Positions 49,233-59,823 of a stretch of 64,000 bases of DNA are shown here, in pieces; the first letter of the stretch is position 1, and each line of letters begins with the position of its first letter. Under the pieces are notes generated by a model, which worked only from the letters and a program-made list of their open reading frames with translations, was not told the origin of the DNA and did no database searches. Both the position numbers and the translations under genes were made by a program. Origin of the DNA: Candidatus Latescibacterota bacterium (GTDB lineage: Bacteria; Latescibacterota; UBA2968; UBA8231); contig OZ253462.1 in NCBI GenBank assembly GCA_965261395.1, positions 224,001-288,000 on the forward strand, written 5' to 3'.

Positions 49233-49865
49233 CTAAAAGACGTGGCGTAAATCAAAGCCCCACAGTATGCCCAAGGTGACGTAGCCCTTGCCGACTAGGA
49301 TCTTGAAGCCGCCGACGATCCGACCCGGAGCATCGAAAAACAACCCCAAGGTCCCATACGCCGTCCCTGGGTTTAGATGGCGGTAGCCCAATCCGGCGAA
49401 CAGCTTGCCCGGTCGGCCGGTAATCCACACTTCGTCGAGGACAATATAGGCCAGATCCGCACTGAGCGAGCGGAGCCAATCCGTGCCGCCCGAGCAGCGG
49501 TAGTCCGCCACGCGGTATCCAGTCCGACTATCGTAGCAGTAGCTGCGGGTGGGATAGGGCCGGATGTAACGCGGGTCGTAATCGTCGCCTTCATGAAAGC
49601 TCACATCGAGCATATTGGCCGAGCAGATGAGGCGCAAGCGGTTGAAGACAGCCCTAAACCCCAAGGGGACGCGCACGCCCGCGCCGCGATGATCCAAATT
49701 GATGAAACCTAGGCCTACCGCAGCATAGTATCCGTCGCGCTGCCGCTTGGGGACCTCTTCGGGCACGGCGTCTTGGATGCGCACGGCCTCGGCTCCGCTC
49801 GCCAACAGCAAGCCGATCCAGATGAGCTGTATGTATGCGCGCTGTATCACCCGTTCGTCCTCCAC
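49233..49865 (-). CDS. Hypothetical exported protein, possibly a small outer-membrane beta-barrel
   Basis: Signal-like N-terminus, alternating aromatic/hydrophobic strands, C-terminal Phe and one Cys pair. Confidence 0.5.
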   Translation of the reverse strand: MEDERVIQRAYIQLIWIGLLLASGAEAVRIQDAVPEEVPKRQRDGYYAAVGLGFINLDHRGAGVRVPLGFRAVFNRLRLICSANMLDVSFHEGDDYDPRYIRPYPTRSYCYDSRTGYRVADYRCSGGTDWLRSLSADLAYIVLDEVWITGRPGKLFAGLGYRHLNPGTAYGTLGLFFDAPGRIVGGFKILVGKGYVTLGILWGFDLRHVF

Positions 49866-49932
49866 CTATACCTATACAGATGCTGTTCTTTACAGTATAT
49901 GAATGGGACGACGGATGTTCAACGCCACGGCA

Positions 49933-50592
49933 TCAGTGCGGAGGTTGAAAAAGATCTAATTGCAGATTGTACAATTTGCATATTTGCGCTAAAAATTGTG
50001 TCCGTCCACCATAGCTAGGGTGCCGTACTTGGATGACTCTATGCTGATATCCCAAGCGATGTACTGTTCCTGCCGCATCATTCCCAATCGCAACTAGTCG
50101 GCGCGGCTTTAGAAGAAGGATGAGTTGAGAGAGAAATTCCTCCCCGGTCCTGCGCTCAAGAAAATTATGAGATCGATTGCTGAAAGGATTACCGGGTTCG
50201 TGAGGGTGTAATGGGAAGACATTCCACAAAAAGACGGATACTTCGATTTGTGAGAGAACGCTCCAGATAACAGCAGCCGTCCTCTCAGCAGCTACGTCAC
50301 CTTTTGTTGGCCTCTGAATAGATAACCCCCACCTTGCTGCGTACTCGTGAACATGCACGTCATCTGTTAAGGCAAGCCCTGTTCGCCTACCGCCGCGATA
50401 GCCAAGATCGCGTCCAATCCATATAGAATCAATATCCTGTTTTGTTGCAGCCTCAAGTACAGTCAATAACGTTTGTAAACGACGTTGCGGTGCATCATCT
50501 AGATCGTGAACGACACAGCGATTTGAATAAGGGTTAAAGGAATTCTCAAATTTCAGCTTACTCAATGCCTCCACAAATTGCACCGGGTCCAT
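49933..50592 (-). CDS. Uracil-DNA glycosylase superfamily protein
   Basis: 'WIGRDLGYRGGRRTG', 'LWNVFPLHPH', 'LVAIGNDA', 'RHPSYGG'. Visibly lower GC than the flanks. Confidence 0.8.
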   Translation of the reverse strand: MDPVQFVEALSKLKFENSFNPYSNRCVVHDLDDAPQRRLQTLLTVLEAATKQDIDSIWIGRDLGYRGGRRTGLALTDDVHVHEYAARWGLSIQRPTKGDVAAERTAAVIWSVLSQIEVSVFLWNVFPLHPHEPGNPFSNRSHNFLERRTGEEFLSQLILLLKPRRLVAIGNDAAGTVHRLGYQHRVIQVRHPSYGGRTQFLAQICKLYNLQLDLFQPPH

Positions 50593-50661
50593 GCTCTATT
50601 CTCCATCAAAGGATATCTCCGTTTCAAATCCGGCAATTCGCACCTGTCGTGGGGGCATGGC

Positions 50662-51237
50662 CTATGGATTTTCTATTGACGCCATAAATTCTGAGCCGTT
50701 GGCGCATGTTCCGCCTGTGCTTGGAGCGAGTGCCCCGTCGTGGATCATTATGGCCCAGCGAAGCTCTTGGAACGACGCAACGAGATATTCAAACAGCTTG
50801 TCTAGGCGTTCCAAGTCTGCGAAGACCTCGGCTCCATATGCTTCTGATCCCCCTGTTCGCTGCAAAGCGTCCCGAACATCGCGCAGTTCTTCCCTTTCCT
50901 TGCGGAAGTATTCCTCGCTTTTCTCCAACTCCGGTACTGCGATGTCGTCAGGGTCCATTTCCCGGCCCGGAGGAAAATCTTCAGCCGCTCTCTGGAGTCT
51001 CTCCTGAAAAGTGGAACAGACAGTGGCTACGGAATCGTGCCGTTCACGAAAGCTTTCGGTTAATAATTTTATTGCGCCTTGCAATTTGTCCTTGTCTTGG
51101 TTCGCGAGCAGGTCTGCGAGCCAGTTCTGGTTTGGCGCTTCTGATTGTTTTGGAGGCCGCGCCAACCAGATCAATGTTCCGGCGACGTTGCGGACAGTTT
51201 CGCCGCTGAATTCAGCAATTTTTTGTTGAGTGGCCAT
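50662..51237 (-). CDS. Hypothetical helical protein
   Basis: 191-aa ORF co-oriented with the UDG-like gene. No recognised motif. Confidence 0.55.
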   Translation of the reverse strand: MATQQKIAEFSGETVRNVAGTLIWLARPPKQSEAPNQNWLADLLANQDKDKLQGAIKLLTESFRERHDSVATVCSTFQERLQRAAEDFPPGREMDPDDIAVPELEKSEEYFRKEREELRDVRDALQRTGGSEAYGAEVFADLERLDKLFEYLVASFQELRWAIMIHDGALAPSTGGTCANGSEFMASIENP

Positions 51238-51400
51238 ATTCAAACTCGCTTTCCGAAGTCCACTATTCGACTCTCAGGCTAAATTAATGACACGGCATGT
51301 CGGTGCAAGGATGATGACGAAGCGAATGGCGTGGCGCGCATCGCAATCGGCAAGCCGCCCGCGTCTTGCTCTCTCTACCACGCCCCGTATTTTACCCTAC

Positions 51401-52237
51401 ATGATCCGCAAGGTACAGTCCACCGCCATCGCCCTGCTCTTGGCAACCCATGCTAGTTGTCTGGCCCCGTCTGACGACGGCGCTGAACCCGCTGTCCTCC
51501 AACCGCAAAAGCCCGCTGAAATCCCTACGTATTCCTACCGAGTCGTCTGCGCCTTCCCTCACGACCCCACAGCCTTCACCCAAGGCCTGCTCTACGACAA
51601 CGGCTTCCTCTACGAAAGCACCGGCCAGTACGGCCAGTCAACCCTGCGCAAGGTCGAGCTCGAAACCGGGACCGTCGTGCAGATCCACCAGCTAGACGAG
51701 CGCTTCTTCGCCGAGGGACTTGCCCTCTTCGGCAATCGCCTCCTCCAGCTAACTTGGCGGGCCAACAAGGGCTTTGCCTATAATCTCGATTCATTTGAGC
51801 CGCTAGCGGAGTTCGCCTATCCCACCGAGGGCTGGGGGCTGACGTACGACGGCGAACTACTCGTTATGAGCGATGGCAGCGCGACCCTGTACTTCCGCGA
51901 TCCGTTTACCTTTGCCGAAGTGAGCCGGGTCGCTGTGGTGGCCCACGGCAGCCCCGTATCTCAGCTCAACGAACTCGAATGGGTCGCCGGCGAGGTCTTT
52001 GCCAATATCTGGCAGACCGACACCATTGCCCGCATCGACCCGGCGAGCGGCCAAGTCGCAGGGTGGATAGACCTGACCGGGCTGCTAAGCGACGCAGACC
52101 GCCGTGGCTCCAACGCCGAAGTGCTCAATGGCATTGCCTACGACCCCGAGGGCGAGCGGCTGTTCGTCACCGGCAAGTGGTGGCCCAAGCTCTACCAAAT
52201 CGAACTCGTATCCCCTTCACCAAGAGGTACCCCATGA
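51401..52237 (+). CDS. Glutaminyl-peptide cyclotransferase (beta-propeller type QC), probable lipoprotein
   Basis: 'PHDPTAFTQGL', 'ESTGQYG', 'FAEGL', 'QLTW', 'EGWGLT', 'LNELE', 'VLNGIAYD', 'VTGKWWP'. Lipobox-like 'HASC'. Confidence 0.92.
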   Translation: MIRKVQSTAIALLLATHASCLAPSDDGAEPAVLQPQKPAEIPTYSYRVVCAFPHDPTAFTQGLLYDNGFLYESTGQYGQSTLRKVELETGTVVQIHQLDERFFAEGLALFGNRLLQLTWRANKGFAYNLDSFEPLAEFAYPTEGWGLTYDGELLVMSDGSATLYFRDPFTFAEVSRVAVVAHGSPVSQLNELEWVAGEVFANIWQTDTIARIDPASGQVAGWIDLTGLLSDADRRGSNAEVLNGIAYDPEGERLFVTGKWWPKLYQIELVSPSPRGTP

Positions 52238-52749
52238 CCCAAGACCGCGTTCCCGTGTGCATCGCCGTGCTCACGGTCTCCGACACCCGTGACGAAGCAA
52301 CCGACAAGTCCGGCAAGCTGCTGGTCGAGCGCCTCGAAGCGGCCGGCCACATCCTGCACGAAAAGCAAATCCTGCCCGACGACATCTATCAGCTCCGCGC
52401 CCAAGTCTCGCAGTGGATCGCCGAGCCCCGCGTCCAAGCCATCGTCACCACCGGTGGCACCGGCCTCACCGGCCGCGACGGCACGCCCGAGGCCGTCAGC
52501 GTACTCTTTGACAAGGAAATCGAGGGCTTTGGCGAAGTCTTTCGCATGCTGTCCTACGACGAGATCGGCACTGCGACCTTGCAGTCGCGCTGCATAGCCG
52601 GCGTCGCCAACAGCACCTATATCTTCTGCTTGCCCGGCTCCTCGGGGGCTTGCGCCACCGGCTGGGACAAGCTCATCGGGCCGCAGCTAGATTCCACCAA
52701 CCAGCCCTGTAACCTCGTCGATCTGATGCCGAGATTGTCCGAAACTTAG
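52234..52749 (+). CDS. moaB: Molybdenum cofactor biosynthesis protein B
   Basis: 'AVLTVSDTR', 'TTGGTGLTGRDGTPEA', 'LQSR', 'FCLPGS', 'QPCNLV'. Confidence 0.95.
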   Translation: MTQDRVPVCIAVLTVSDTRDEATDKSGKLLVERLEAAGHILHEKQILPDDIYQLRAQVSQWIAEPRVQAIVTTGGTGLTGRDGTPEAVSVLFDKEIEGFGEVFRMLSYDEIGTATLQSRCIAGVANSTYIFCLPGSSGACATGWDKLIGPQLDSTNQPCNLVDLMPRLSET

Positions 52750-52781
52750 ACGAGAGGGGCTACGTGGTCTTTCAAAAAAGT

Positions 52782-52808
52782 GTCATTCCCGCGAAAGCGG
52801 GAATCCAG
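52782..52808. repeat. REP-like palindrome (ATTCCC-N8-GGGAAT, dRS3/RPE-type)
   Basis: GTCATTCCCGCGAAAGCGGGAATCCAG between convergent moaB and uvrA. Confidence 0.75.
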
Positions 52809-52851
52809 TTTTGTTAGGGCCTCTTAATTGAAAGACCTCTACGCGCCCAGC

Positions 52852-55725
<2,874 letters not shown>

Positions 55726-55743
55726 AGTGTGTGCCCTCTTGCG

Positions 55744-56682
55744 TTAGTGCAGGCCCCAATCGGACCCGTCGCCGTCGTAGTGATAGGCCGCTTCCTGTAG
55801 CTCTATGCGGCTCTTTTCGGTGAGGCGCAGCGGCGCCGACATCTTTTGCAGCAAGCCCTTTTCAACCAGCCACTCGCAGGCAAAGTCCGCGCCTTCCATC
55901 TTGAAGTGCTCCTCTATTTCCGACACCGTGCGCATGGCCTCGGCCTCCTCCAAATAGTCGATCAGGGGCTGGAACAGGTCCCAGAGGTGGTCGTTGAGGT
56001 AGGTCTCTACGCGCTGGAGGGCCACCTTGAGGGTGCGGGCACTTTTTTTGGCGGCGATGAGATCTGTGTAGATGGCGTTGAAGAACTCGGGATTAAAGGC
56101 GAGGGCTTGGTGAATGACCTCGCGGCCTGGGGCTTGGCCGTTGAGGATGCACTCGACGCTGGCGAGCTGGTCGGCCACGTTGAGGAGCCACAGGAAGCTG
56201 TAGTTGTAGTCCTTCTTCACCTGGTACCACTTCTGGGCTTTGGCCAAGGTGGCCAACAGCGGAAGGGCGCGCCGCAGCAACTGGTAGTCGCGGTCGCGCG
56301 CGCCAATGCGCTCGGCGTCTTGGTACCACGCGGCAATGGACTCGTCTTTGGAGAACAGGAGGGTGCTGTGGGCGAAGGTAAAGTCGAGCCAACCGCCTTG
56401 GCGCGAGCCTTCTATGTTCAACTGGAAACGCTTGCGCGGGATGAGGTTGGCGTGGATGATGACGCTTTCTTCGGTGAGGCAGTGGTCCTCATAGCGCCGC
56501 ACCTTGGGGTCGTCGGCCATGACGATCCACAAGTCGATGTCGGACTTCTCCCAAACTTGGTCGTACGAATAGGAACCATAGACGATGGCGGCCAAGACCG
56601 TGCGGTCTTGTTGGAGCTTTTGGGTCAAGGCGTCGAGCGCCCGGCGATAGCGCTCTTGGACTGCTTGCTGAGACCGAGACAT
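55744..56682 (-). CDS. Nucleotidyltransferase domain protein (Pol-beta/KNTase-like) with helical C-terminus
   Basis: GS...DxD motif '[21 protein letters not shown]'. Start placed at ATG 56682. Confidence 0.8.
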   Translation of the reverse strand: MSRSQQAVQERYRRALDALTQKLQQDRTVLAAIVYGSYSYDQVWEKSDIDLWIVMADDPKVRRYEDHCLTEESVIIHANLIPRKRFQLNIEGSRQGGWLDFTFAHSTLLFSKDESIAAWYQDAERIGARDRDYQLLRRALPLLATLAKAQKWYQVKKDYNYSFLWLLNVADQLASVECILNGQAPGREVIHQALAFNPEFFNAIYTDLIAAKKSARTLKVALQRVETYLNDHLWDLFQPLIDYLEEAEAMRTVSEIEEHFKMEGADFACEWLVEKGLLQKMSAPLRLTEKSRIELQEAAYHYDGDGSDWGLH

Positions 56683-56722
56683 GGCAGTTCCTGACGAGGA
56701 AATCAACGTGTGAGCGGCACAA

Positions 56723-56751
56723 AATATACTGAACATACGTATAGTTGTCAA
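56723..56751 (-). promoter_or_regulatory. sigma70 promoter of the NTase-uvrA operon, overlapped by a LexA-box-like dyad
   Basis: TTGACA-N17-TATATT. The spacer contains ACTGAACATACGTATAGT. Confidence 0.6.
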
Positions 56752-56904
56752 GCTGCCGCACGCTAAACACGCCGAGCGATTCGAGGTAGGGACGAGCATC
56801 TTGTGGTTAAGCAAATAACGGCGGATATGAGGATCTACTGCGTGGTATCTTCTCGGGCGTCCGTGAGCCGCATTATATATAAAGGATAGAGAAGCTGTTT
56901 TTCT

Positions 56905-56940
56905 GAGCCGCCCGCTTGCGAGCGCAGGCGGCTTTTTGTT
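56905..56940 (+). terminator. Intrinsic terminator (plus strand)
   Basis: AGCCGCC-CGCT-tgcg-AGCG-ca-GGCGGCT followed by TTTTGTT. Confidence 0.7.
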
Positions 56941-56966
56941 GACAATGGGAATAGCCGTCCTATTTT
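56939..56966 (+). promoter_or_regulatory. sigma70-type promoter upstream of the ncRNA candidate
   Basis: TTGACA-N16-TATTTT, predicted +1 near 56972. Confidence 0.5.
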
Positions 56967-56971
56967 TATTC

Positions 56972-57108
56972 GTGCCTTCATCGAACAGAGTGCCCGCACT
57001 ACGTCGGGTTATCTGTTGAATAAAATAGCCTGTATTCGGCACAGGGTAGCTCCCTGAAGCCCGGCGAATAGGCAGAACTATCTCAATCACTCTGTGAGAT
57101 GGAGGCAT
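56972..57108 (+). ncRNA. Candidate structured ncRNA (multi-stem junction) of unknown class
   Basis: Closing stem GTGCCTTCATC/GATGGAGGCAT encloses three hairpins (56984-57017, 57028-57073, 57080-57100) and starts at the predicted TSS. Folded by eye only. Confidence 0.4.
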
Positions 57109-57375
57109 GGCCCGGCACCCTGCAGGGTCGTTGGCTCTTTATACTCAGCGGAGGAGCGGCGAGAAAGTTCTGACTTAAAAAATATCCCGAACATAACTAA
57201 GCATCTTTTTAGAGCCGTTTTTTTTAGATCTATCTGAAAACGTGTTCACGGAGTTCTCTGATCATCGTGGTTTTGTAACCATGACGATTAGGTGTACGGC
57301 CTCGTACTACTCCATATAGAATTTCCACTTATATCACGGCAGATCAACCCATTGAAAGGGAGGGGAATTTTTGCC

Positions 57376-57477
57376 ATGAACAAAATTCTTGTGATTGCTT
57401 TCTGCGCTATCAGTCTGTTCTCGGCGCGAGGTATCGAAGCCCAGAACGCCGAGAAGAAGAGTGGGGATATGAAATAA
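57376..57477 (+). pseudogene. Signal-peptide-only ORF (33 aa), probably a truncated secreted-protein gene
   Basis: RBS GGGAGG, MNKILVIAFCAISLFSARGIEA|QNAEKKSGDMK, then TAA TAA TGA. Confidence 0.45.
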
Positions 57478-57615
57478 TAATGATCAGACGACTTTGATAG
57501 TAATCCGATTAAAAAAAGGAGACAACCCGATGCGAACTCTCTCAGTTTCAGGTCTTGGCAGTGTGTTATTTGAAATTGATGTGAACGACCCATTTACGTA
57601 CAGGAAGGCTAAGGC

Positions 57616-58332
57616 ATGAGCGATAACTACCGATTGTTGTTGTTGGAGGCGGCGCGGCTTTACGAGAAACATGAAGCCGGACGCCCGGAGCCTTTCGATG
57701 AACCCGCGCTACGGGAGTCGGTTGCCCAGTACCTGCACTTGATCGCAAAGCTGACAGGTACGGACTATAAGGAGGCCTATATGACGGACTTGAAGGAACT
57801 TTGCCTGAAAGACAACAACCTCGTTCTCGTCCATGACTTGCAAGAGGCTATGGTCGAAGCGAGAGTTTCACTATTGCACAAGCTGTGGCAAGAGATCGCT
57901 TGTAAGCTGAAGGAGGAAATTACGGATCTTCCCGACCTCTCCGAAGAAGATTCGGACATCACCGAAGAGAGGATCAGGCGTTTTATCCAGGAAAACTCCA
58001 GATACCACGGCATATGGTATAAGTTTGGCCATCATGCCTTTCTCGGCGTTGAGGTTGGAGATTCTATTTACTTCGGCGTCCTATGCCCAAAAGAAGAAAG
58101 CGAAGACGAGTACAACAGGCTCAAGGAAGTACTTGAGAAAGTTCCCGGGCAAGGCCATAGCGACGAATCATGGCCTTGGTATCAAGATGCCCCTGATCTG
58201 AATCTGAAATGCCCGACCCGCGAGGACCTCAAACTGCTGGCAAACGAACGAGAGAGGCAGAGTTATGTCGCGGAAGTGGTGTATGGCGTAGGTAAGCTAT
58301 GGAGAAGCATCAATGATAGCGGCCTCGCTTGA
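57616..58332 (+). pseudogene. PD-(D/E)XK nuclease (PDDEXK_4-like) family gene apparently missing its catalytic core
   Basis: N-terminal 'LYEKHEAGRPEPF' joins directly to 'DEPALRESVAQYLHLIAKLTG', which resembles the post-catalytic helix of this family. No ID...IENK motif is present. Family assignment is from memory. Confidence 0.5.
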
Positions 58333-58389
58333 CGTCGCCGCGATAAAATAAGGATAAAGAAGAGATGATGCCCCTTAAAGCGGGTGAAC

Positions 58390-58521
58390 CTACCGCGTCT
58401 TTACGTGCGCGTACTGCAGTATTTTTCGATCAACCGTGGGCAGCTCACAGTCGTACTCGCGGGCGGTTGCAACGATGATTTGATCGGCCGGGTCGCGGTG
58501 AAATTCACCTTCCTGAACATG
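58390..58521 (-). pseudogene. C-terminal fragment of a VapC/PIN toxin
   Basis: The minus strand reads GEFHRDPADQIIVATAREYDCELPTVDRKILQYAHVKTR*, with an in-frame TAA four codons upstream and no canonical start codon in between. Confidence 0.75.
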
Positions 58522-58799
58522 TTAGAAGCTGTTTTAGTTTCGAGTCCCTCTCGTTGCTTTCTCATACTCTCTGTTCTGCGTCGTTTTCATGTCTCAATAT
58601 GTGTCTTTGGTCTGCAAATATCAACGCATCTCATAAATGCTAGGACCGGCCCTTGGGCCTCACCTGTACCCCGTCGGACATCGCCTAGCACGTGTCGCCG
58701 GAACAACACCTCGGCTTCCGGCCCAACGGCAATAGCGCCTATTGCGCTGCCGCCGCTGAGCCCTTATCGTAGCCATTTTTCTACGTCTCCGAGGAAACC

Positions 58800-59813
58800 A
58801 TGTCCAATACACCCACCATCCAAACCACAACCGTCGGCTCCTACCCCGTCCCGGAATGGCTCCAAGCCCTGCCCTCTGAGCAGGGCCTCGTCGATGCCAC
58901 CCGCGTGGTGTTCGACACCCAGCGCCAAGCCGGCATTGACCTACCCACCGACGGCGAGCTGTACCGCTTCGACATCAACCATCCGGACACCAACGGCATG
59001 ATCGAGTACTTCGTCCGGCCCATGGGCGGCACCCGCGCGGAATTTGGCCGCCGCGAGGCCGAGGAATTCGCCGCCAAACAAAGTATGGACTTCCGGGCCA
59101 AGCCCGCGGCCGTGGTGGAAACCGAACTCGGCGCGGGCAGCCTCGACCTGTTCGCCGACTGCGCCCGCGCCGCAGCCGTGGCCGGCGGCCCCTTCAAGTT
59201 CACCCTGACCAGCCCCTACATGCTGGCCCGCACCCTCCTCGATCACCACTACGGCGACTTTGCCGCGCTCTTGATGGCCGTTGCCCACGTCCTCGCCGAC
59301 CAAGTCCGCGGCCTGCCCTGCGCCTGCGTCCAAATCGACGAGGCCAATATCCCCGGCAACCCAGCCGATGGCCCCCTCGCAGCCCGCGCCATCAACGCCG
59401 TACTCGACAGCATCGACACAGGCACCCAAAAGGCCGTCCACTTCTGCTTTGGCAACTACGGCGGCCAGACTATCCAGCAGGGCAAGTGGCGCGCCCTGCT
59501 CGACTTTCTCAACGGGCTGCGCGCCGATCATTTAGTGCTCGAACTCGCCCACCGCCCGGCAAGCGACCTGAGCGCCCTGCGACACATCGACCCGCGCATC
59601 GGCATCGGCATCGGCGTGATCGACATCAAGGTCAACCACATCGAGACGGCCGAAGCAATCGCCCGCCGCATAGAAGCCGCTGCCGCCGCTGCCGGACCCG
59701 ACCGCATCCGCTTCATCCACCCAGACTGCGGCTTTTGGATGCTCAAACGCTCCATCGCCGACCGCAAGATCGAGGCATTGGCCGAAGGACGGGATCTGTA
59801 CTTGGGAATCTAG
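58800..59813 (+). CDS. Cobalamin-independent methionine synthase II family protein (single catalytic barrel)
   Basis: 'TTTVGSYPVP', 'QAGIDLPTDGE', 'VQIDE', Zn ligands 'HFC', 'LE' and 'PDCG'. Confidence 0.85.
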   Translation: MSNTPTIQTTTVGSYPVPEWLQALPSEQGLVDATRVVFDTQRQAGIDLPTDGELYRFDINHPDTNGMIEYFVRPMGGTRAEFGRREAEEFAAKQSMDFRAKPAAVVETELGAGSLDLFADCARAAAVAGGPFKFTLTSPYMLARTLLDHHYGDFAALLMAVAHVLADQVRGLPCACVQIDEANIPGNPADGPLAARAINAVLDSIDTGTQKAVHFCFGNYGGQTIQQGKWRALLDFLNGLRADHLVLELAHRPASDLSALRHIDPRIGIGIGVIDIKVNHIETAEAIARRIEAAAAAAGPDRIRFIHPDCGFWMLKRSIADRKIEALAEGRDLYLGI

Positions 59814-59823
59814 TTAGACACTC

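Noticed and set aside
56683-57108. 142-aa N-terminal extension of the nucleotidyltransferase ORF (track ORF 55744-57108)
   Set aside because: A good promoter lies at 56723-56751 just upstream of ATG 56682, and the extension has no protein-like features and crosses a terminator and the RNA candidate.
58384-59001. 205-aa plus-strand ORF
   Set aside because: It is antisense to the VapC remnant and out of frame with the MetE-like gene, so it is a likely shadow ORF.
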